Shown here piece after piece: positions 58,525 through 64,000 of a stretch of DNA of 64,000 nucleotides (position 1 is its first letter; every line of letters begins with the position of its first letter). Under the pieces are notes generated by a model. That model searched no databases. It had not been told where the DNA came from and saw only the letters and a list, made by a program, of their open reading frames with translations. The position numbers and the translations under genes are program-made. The stretch comes from Escherichia coli (GTDB taxonomy: Bacteria > Pseudomonadota > Gammaproteobacteria > Enterobacterales > Enterobacteriaceae), in the NCBI RefSeq assembly GCF_050320075.1, contig NZ_CP190018.1; one strand, given 5' to 3'.

Positions 58525-60192
58525 TTATTGCAAACGTTCTAATAAACGAGCCAGTTTTTTATTGCCGCCGGCGACTGGCGACCATTGGTAATGCACAACC
58601 GGTTTGCTGGCGCTTTGTAGCGCCAGCGCAAAGCTGCGTAATCCGATGTTAATCACGGCGACGTTTTCCAGTAATGACGGTGTGTGTTGCTGTGTGGCAG
58701 GCGAGAGCGGATGAATTAACGCTGCCGCCAGCAAGGTGGCTTCCGGCAGCGAACTCACGACCGCGATCCCCGCATCTTCCAGCGTGGCGATTTGTTGCGA
58801 GCGGCATTGCGGGTCACGTTCGGTGCCTGTCACCGTGGCAATGGCATACAGTGGTTGATTGTCTGGACGCGCGGCACAGGCTTTTTGCCAGGCGCTCACC
58901 AGCGAGGCGGCAGGATCGGCAGTCGCACCGAAGCCAATCACGACATCAAGCAGCAACACGCGCACTTGCGGTTTAGCGCCGAGATCGGCAATTAACAGGT
59001 TGCGTAAGGTCGGGTCGATCATCGGATGGGGACGCCCGACGGTGTAAAAATCATCGCCCAGGTCGAGGATCTGATGTCCGTCGGCGTCGAGCATCATGCC
59101 ATGTTGATGGGTATCGTCGGCTTCCACGCCAAGGTGTCCGGCAAGTAATCCCGCCGCTTCAGCAGCCAGCGTACCGCCGGTATACAAACCGCAAATAAAT
59201 CCGCTGCTGACAGGTGCTATTGCGTTACGTCGCGCCGTGACGCGTGAAAGCAGGCAAGCCAGGCGTGCGGCCTCATCCAGCGAGGAGGCAAACCAGACAT
59301 TCTCGTCGCGGGCCACCGCCGGGGTATAACCTAAAAACAGCGCCACCGTCGGTTTGCCGGTTGCTTTCATGGCATTAACAATTTTCAGACGCACAGCTTC
59401 GGCAGGTGGTTTTGAAACAAATGCCAGCACTTCGCTTTTCTCGTCTGCACTGAGCATTTCCAGCGCCGTTAGCGCACTGATGCCGCTCACTTCACGGCTG
59501 AGATCGCGCCCGCCAAGGCCAATCGCGTGAGTAATTCCCTCACCTGCCAGCGCAATCTGCGAACACAGTTCCTGAATCCCGGTACCGGAAGCGCCAATGA
59601 CGCCAATGTTGCCTTCCGGTATCACGTTAGCAAAAGCCAGCGGCGTGCCGGCAATCATCGACGTACCGCAGTCCGGCCCCATCACCAGCAAGCCTTTTTC
59701 CCGCGCGCGGGTTTTAAGTTGGATTTCATCTTCCAGCGTGACGTTATCAGAGAACATCATCACGTTGAGGTTGCGATCCAGCGCCTGATTCGCCAGCTCC
59801 GCCGCATACTCGCCAGCCACTGAAATCAGCGCCAGACTGGCGTCGGGTAATTTCTGACAGGCACTGTCCCAGCGACGCACCTGCGTCAACGCCTGGCTGC
59901 TGCCTGACCCCTGCGCCAGTTGTTTTAGCGCCTCTTCAAGCTGCTGCATAATCGCCTGCGCGATCCCCGCATCCGCCGCTTCGCTACGAATTGCCACGCA
60001 AATATCGTTCGGCGTGGCGTTATTAAAATCGTCATGCCAGAAACCTGTGGTATCTAATAACGCTTTATTGGCGGGCGTACCCATCATTACGGAAACATCA
60101 TCAACATTTTCTGATTCGCTTAGTTTTCGTGAAATAATCATTAAACTGACCGAATCCTGAAAACACCCTTTTTTAATAAAGGCGTGGATCAT
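58525..60192 (-). CDS. fdrA: FdrA (succinyl-CoA synthetase alpha-like / CoA-binding family)
   Basis: 555-aa ORF MIHAFIKKGCFQDSVSLMIISRKL... Confidence 0.85.
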   Translation of the reverse strand: MIHAFIKKGCFQDSVSLMIISRKLSESENVDDVSVMMGTPANKALLDTTGFWHDDFNNATPNDICVAIRSEAADAGIAQAIMQQLEEALKQLAQGSGSSQALTQVRRWDSACQKLPDASLALISVAGEYAAELANQALDRNLNVMMFSDNVTLEDEIQLKTRAREKGLLVMGPDCGTSMIAGTPLAFANVIPEGNIGVIGASGTGIQELCSQIALAGEGITHAIGLGGRDLSREVSGISALTALEMLSADEKSEVLAFVSKPPAEAVRLKIVNAMKATGKPTVALFLGYTPAVARDENVWFASSLDEAARLACLLSRVTARRNAIAPVSSGFICGLYTGGTLAAEAAGLLAGHLGVEADDTHQHGMMLDADGHQILDLGDDFYTVGRPHPMIDPTLRNLLIADLGAKPQVRVLLLDVVIGFGATADPAASLVSAWQKACAARPDNQPLYAIATVTGTERDPQCRSQQIATLEDAGIAVVSSLPEATLLAAALIHPLSPATQQHTPSLLENVAVINIGLRSFALALQSASKPVVHYQWSPVAGGNKKLARLLERLQ

Positions 60193-60508
60193 AACAACTC
60201 CTTAAAAATTGCACCCATGGCAATTGCACGAGCAGTGTTAATGTGGCGATTACGGTATCGATGACAACGGGTAAATAAGGTGATGAATATCACACAGGGA
60301 TTATTAACAAAAGAATTCAAATAACCGCCATGCTATTACGTGTTATTTTTTAATAAGCGTGGTTGTTTTAAAAACCAGGTTAAAAGCGAGCGGATTATCA
60401 AATAAATTCTAACTATATTTTTTTGCCTGTCTGGATCACATAATCCAGATATTTTCCCTGTATGTTAATTGCAGTCATGCTTCACACCGTCGTTAAAAAG
60501 GAAGACAG

Positions 60509-61558
60509 ATGAAAATCAGTCGGGAAACACTCCACCAGCTAATTGAGAATAAACTCTGCCAGGCTGGGTTAAAACGTGAGCACGCTGCAACCGTGGCTGA
60601 AGTATTGGTTTACGCCGATGCCAGAGGGATCCACTCTCATGGCGCGGTGCGCGTGGAATACTACGCGGAACGCATTTCAAAAGGCGGCACCAACCGCGAA
60701 CCGGAGTTTCGTCTTGAGGAAACCGGGCCGTGCTCGGCAATTTTACATGCCGACAATGCCGCCGGACAGGTCGCGGCGAAAATGGGTATGGAACATGCCA
60801 TCAAAACCGCCCAGCAAAATGGCGTTGCGGTGGTCGGTATCAGCCGGATGGGTCACAGCGGCGCAATCTCTTATTTTGTGCAGCAGGCAGCCCGCGCCGG
60901 ATTAATTGGCATTTCGATGTGCCAGTCCGATCCAATGGTGGTGCCGTTTGGCGGCGCGGAAATTTACTACGGTACTAACCCACTGGCCTTTGCCGCGCCG
61001 GGAGAAGGCGACGAGATCCTTACCTTTGATATGGCGACTACCGTACAGGCATGGGGAAAAGTGCTCGACGCCCGCTCGCGTAATATGTCTATCCCGGATA
61101 CCTGGGCGGTCGATAAAAACGGTGCACCAACAACCGATCCGTTCGCGGTACATGCTCTGCTCCCCGCCGCCGGGCCGAAAGGGTATGGCCTGATGATGAT
61201 GATTGACGTCCTCTCAGGCGTCTTACTCGGCTTACCGTTCGGGCGACAGGTTAGTTCGATGTATGACGATTTACACGCCGGGCGTAATTTGGGGCAATTA
61301 CATATCGTTATTAACCCGAACTTTTTCTCCTCCAGCGAACTATTCCGTCAACATCTTAGCCAGACCATGCGCGAATTAAATGCCATAACCCCCGCGCCCG
61401 GTTTTAACCAAGTTTATTATCCCGGACAGGATCAGGATATTAAACAACGCAAAGCCGCCGTCGAAGGCATCGAAATTGTTGATGATATTTACCAGTATTT
61501 AATTTCCGACGCGCTTTATAACACGTCATACGAAACGAAAAATCCCTTTGCGCAATAA
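60509..61558 (+). CDS. allD: Ureidoglycolate dehydrogenase
   Basis: 349-aa ORF, Ldh_2 family. Confidence 0.9.
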   Translation: MKISRETLHQLIENKLCQAGLKREHAATVAEVLVYADARGIHSHGAVRVEYYAERISKGGTNREPEFRLEETGPCSAILHADNAAGQVAAKMGMEHAIKTAQQNGVAVVGISRMGHSGAISYFVQQAARAGLIGISMCQSDPMVVPFGGAEIYYGTNPLAFAAPGEGDEILTFDMATTVQAWGKVLDARSRNMSIPDTWAVDKNGAPTTDPFAVHALLPAAGPKGYGLMMMIDVLSGVLLGLPFGRQVSSMYDDLHAGRNLGQLHIVINPNFFSSSELFRQHLSQTMRELNAITPAPGFNQVYYPGQDQDIKQRKAAVEGIEIVDDIYQYLISDALYNTSYETKNPFAQ

Positions 61559-61579
61559 TTATTGAGACAGGACTTTCTT

Positions 61580-62815
61580 ATGATTACACATTTCCGTCAA
61601 GCCATAGAAGAAACGCTGCCCTGGCTTTCCTCTTTTGGCGCTGACCCAACGGGTGGTATGACCCGTTTACTTTATTCGCCGGAATGGCTGGAAACCCAGC
61701 AGCAATTTAAAAAAAGAATGGCAGCAAGCGGGCTGGAAACACGTTTCGATGAAGTGGGAAATTTATACGGTCGCCTGAGTGGCACCGAATATCCACAGGA
61801 AGTGGTTCTGAGCGGTTCGCATATCGATACCGTGGTTAACGGCGGTAACCTCGACGGGCAATTCGGCGCGCTGGCGGCGTGGCTGGCAATTGACTGGTTG
61901 AAAACGCAATACGGCGCGCCGTTACGTACGGTCGAAGTGGTGGCGATGGCAGAAGAAGAAGGCAGCCGCTTCCCGTATGTCTTCTGGGGCAGTAAAAATA
62001 TCTTTGGGCTGGCGAATCCTGACGACGTGCGGAATATCTGTGATGCCAAAGGAAATAGTTTTGTCGATGCGATGAAGGCTTGTGGATTTACTCTGCCGAA
62101 CGCCCCACTAACTCCGCGTCAGGATATTAAAGCCTTTGTCGAACTGCATATCGAACAGGGCTGTGTGCTGGAAAGTAATGGGCAGTCAATTGGCGTGGTG
62201 AATGCAATTGTCGGGCAGCGTCGTTATACGGTGACGCTGAACGGCGAATCAAACCATGCAGGCACCACGCCGATGGGTTATCGTCGTGATACGGTTTACG
62301 CTTTCAGTCGCATTTGCCATCAGTCTGTCGAAAAAGCGAAAAAAATGGGCGATCCGCTGGTTCTGACCTTTGGCAAAGTAGAGCCGCGCCCGAATACGGT
62401 GAATGTGGTGCCGGGTAAAACCACGTTCACCATTGATTGTCGTCATACCGATGCTGCCGTGCTGCGCGATTTCACCCAACAGTTAGAAAACGACATGCGG
62501 GCGATTTGCGATGAAATGGACATTGGTATTGATATCGATTTATGGATGGACGAAGAACCCGTGCCGATGAACAAGGAACTGGTCGCCACCCTGACAGAAT
62601 TGTGTGAAAGAGAAAAACTGAATTACCGGGTGATGCACAGTGGTGCCGGGCACGACGCGCAAATTTTCGCGCCTCGCGTACCAACCTGCATGATTTTTAT
62701 CCCCAGCATCAACGGGATCAGCCATAACCCGGCGGAACGCACCAATATTACCGACCTTGCCGAAGGGGTCAAAACGTTGGCACTCATGCTTTATCAACTT
62801 GCCTGGCAGAAATAA
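61580..62815 (+). CDS. allC: Allantoate amidohydrolase (M20 peptidase family)
   Basis: ORF 61562..62815; start at MITHFRQAIEETLPWL. Confidence 0.9.
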   Translation: MITHFRQAIEETLPWLSSFGADPTGGMTRLLYSPEWLETQQQFKKRMAASGLETRFDEVGNLYGRLSGTEYPQEVVLSGSHIDTVVNGGNLDGQFGALAAWLAIDWLKTQYGAPLRTVEVVAMAEEEGSRFPYVFWGSKNIFGLANPDDVRNICDAKGNSFVDAMKACGFTLPNAPLTPRQDIKAFVELHIEQGCVLESNGQSIGVVNAIVGQRRYTVTLNGESNHAGTTPMGYRRDTVYAFSRICHQSVEKAKKMGDPLVLTFGKVEPRPNTVNVVPGKTTFTIDCRHTDAAVLRDFTQQLENDMRAICDEMDIGIDIDLWMDEEPVPMNKELVATLTELCEREKLNYRVMHSGAGHDAQIFAPRVPTCMIFIPSINGISHNPAERTNITDLAEGVKTLALMLYQLAWQK

Positions 62816-62825
62816 GGAGTCATAA

Positions 62826-63611
62826 ATGGGATATTTAAATAACGTCACCGGTTACCGCGATGATTTACTGGCTAACCGTGCGATTGTTAAACACGGTAAT
62901 TTCGCACTGTTAACACCAGACGGTCTGGTAAAAAATATTATTCCGGGCTTTGAAAATTGTGACGCGACAATCCTCTCCACGCCAAAGCTGGGTGCCTCTT
63001 TTGTTGATTATCTGGTCACACTGCATCAAAACGGTGGCAACCAACAGGGCTTCGGGGGCGAAGGCATTGAAACGTTCCTGTATGTGATCTCTGGAAATAT
63101 CACTGCCAAAGCCGAAGGTAAAACATTTGCCTTAAGCGAAGGCGGCTATCTTTATTGCCCACCAGGCTCCTTAATGACGTTTGTTAACGCCCAGGCCGAA
63201 GACAGCCAAATCTTTTTATATAAGCGTCGCTATGTTCCGGTAGAAGGTCATGCGCCGTGGCTGGTTTCTGGCAATGCCAGCGAACTCGAACGCATTCATT
63301 ATGAAGGCATGGACGATGTTATTCTGCTGGATTTTCTGCCCAAAGAGTTAGGTTTTGATATGAACATGCATATCCTCTCTTTTGCGCCAGGTGCCAGCCA
63401 CGGTTATATCGAAACTCACGTCCAGGAACACGGTGCCTATATTCTTTCCGGTCAGGGGGTTTATAACCTCGACAATAACTGGATCCCGGTGAAAAAAGGC
63501 GATTACATCTTTATGGGCGCTTATTCCTTACAGGCCGGTTATGGCGTAGGGCGTGGTGAAGCGTTTAGTTATATTTACTCAAAAGATTGCAACCGCGACG
63601 TAGAAATTTAA
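62826..63611 (+). CDS. allE: (S)-ureidoglycine aminohydrolase (cupin)
   Basis: 261-aa ORF MGYLNNVTGYRDDLLANRAIVKHGNFALL... Confidence 0.85.
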   Translation: MGYLNNVTGYRDDLLANRAIVKHGNFALLTPDGLVKNIIPGFENCDATILSTPKLGASFVDYLVTLHQNGGNQQGFGGEGIETFLYVISGNITAKAEGKTFALSEGGYLYCPPGSLMTFVNAQAEDSQIFLYKRRYVPVEGHAPWLVSGNASELERIHYEGMDDVILLDFLPKELGFDMNMHILSFAPGASHGYIETHVQEHGAYILSGQGVYNLDNNWIPVKKGDYIFMGAYSLQAGYGVGRGEAFSYIYSKDCNRDVEI

Positions 63612-63739
63612 GTCATACCACTCGCCTGATTATTTTTAGCTATGTTGGATTTTGCCACGGTTTATACCGTGGCTTTTTTTGCGGTAAATTCAGGTAAAAA
63701 CGGATGCGGGATAAAATGCATCCGCTCTAATGGCAAGAG

Positions 63740-64000
63740 TCAGTTTTTAATTCCCTGACCTATTTTAATGGCGCAGGCAATATTTCGTGCGCTGTTGAAG
63801 AGATTGGTTTCACCGCTGGCGAGCACTTCGGCTAAAGGTGCCAGACGTGGCAAAATGCTGAACACCGCGTCAATGCCGTACTGGTGCACCACTTCCACGC
63901 CATCACCCAATACGCCAGCAATCCCAATCACCGGGACATTAAACTGCTTCGCCACCGACGCCACGCCCAGCGGCGCTTTACCACCTGCCGTTTGCGAATC
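63740..64000 (-). CDS. glxK: Glycerate 2-kinase, C-terminal part (5' end beyond window)
   Basis: Reverse-strand ORF 63740..63964 (...[32 protein letters not shown]...) continues to the window edge; synteny after allE. Confidence 0.8.

Overview
This window is an Escherichia coli-type chromosomal segment. The backbone gene order matches what I recall for E. coli K-12 (here inverted): entF(partial)-ybdZ-fes / fepA-entD, hokE, ybdK-ybdJ-ybdF-nfsB-ybdG, pheP, cusCFBA / cusRS, nfrB-nfrA-ybcH-envY, tRNA argU, fimZ, sfmFHDCA, folD, ybcJ, ybcI, cysS, ppiB, lpxH, purEK, ybcF-ylbF-ylbE-fdrA, allD-allC-allE and glxK(partial). All gene identifications rest on recognising the translated ORFs from memory; no database search was run. 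The main accessory feature is a ~13.4 kb island between cusS and nfrB (about 21.7-35.0 kb). It encodes a type VI secretion spike/effector module: vgrG, a DUF1795 Eag-type chaperone, a 1610-aa prePAAR/PAAR-Rhs polymorphic toxin with a low-GC C-terminal toxin domain, and a putative immunity gene. Downstream lie a frameshifted orphan Rhs-CT/immunity cassette on a 2.03 kb direct repeat of the Rhs core, a vestigial Rhs fragment and an H-rpt (ISAs1-family) transposase. The architecture is a well-described class; any novelty lies in the two C-terminal toxin domains and their immunity proteins, which I could not assign to a known family. No T6SS core genes are in the window. Other departures from the K-12 arrangement as I remember it: nfrB carries a single in-frame amber codon, argU lies directly beside envY with no DLP12 prophage, appY or ompT, and hokE is intact with no IS186.
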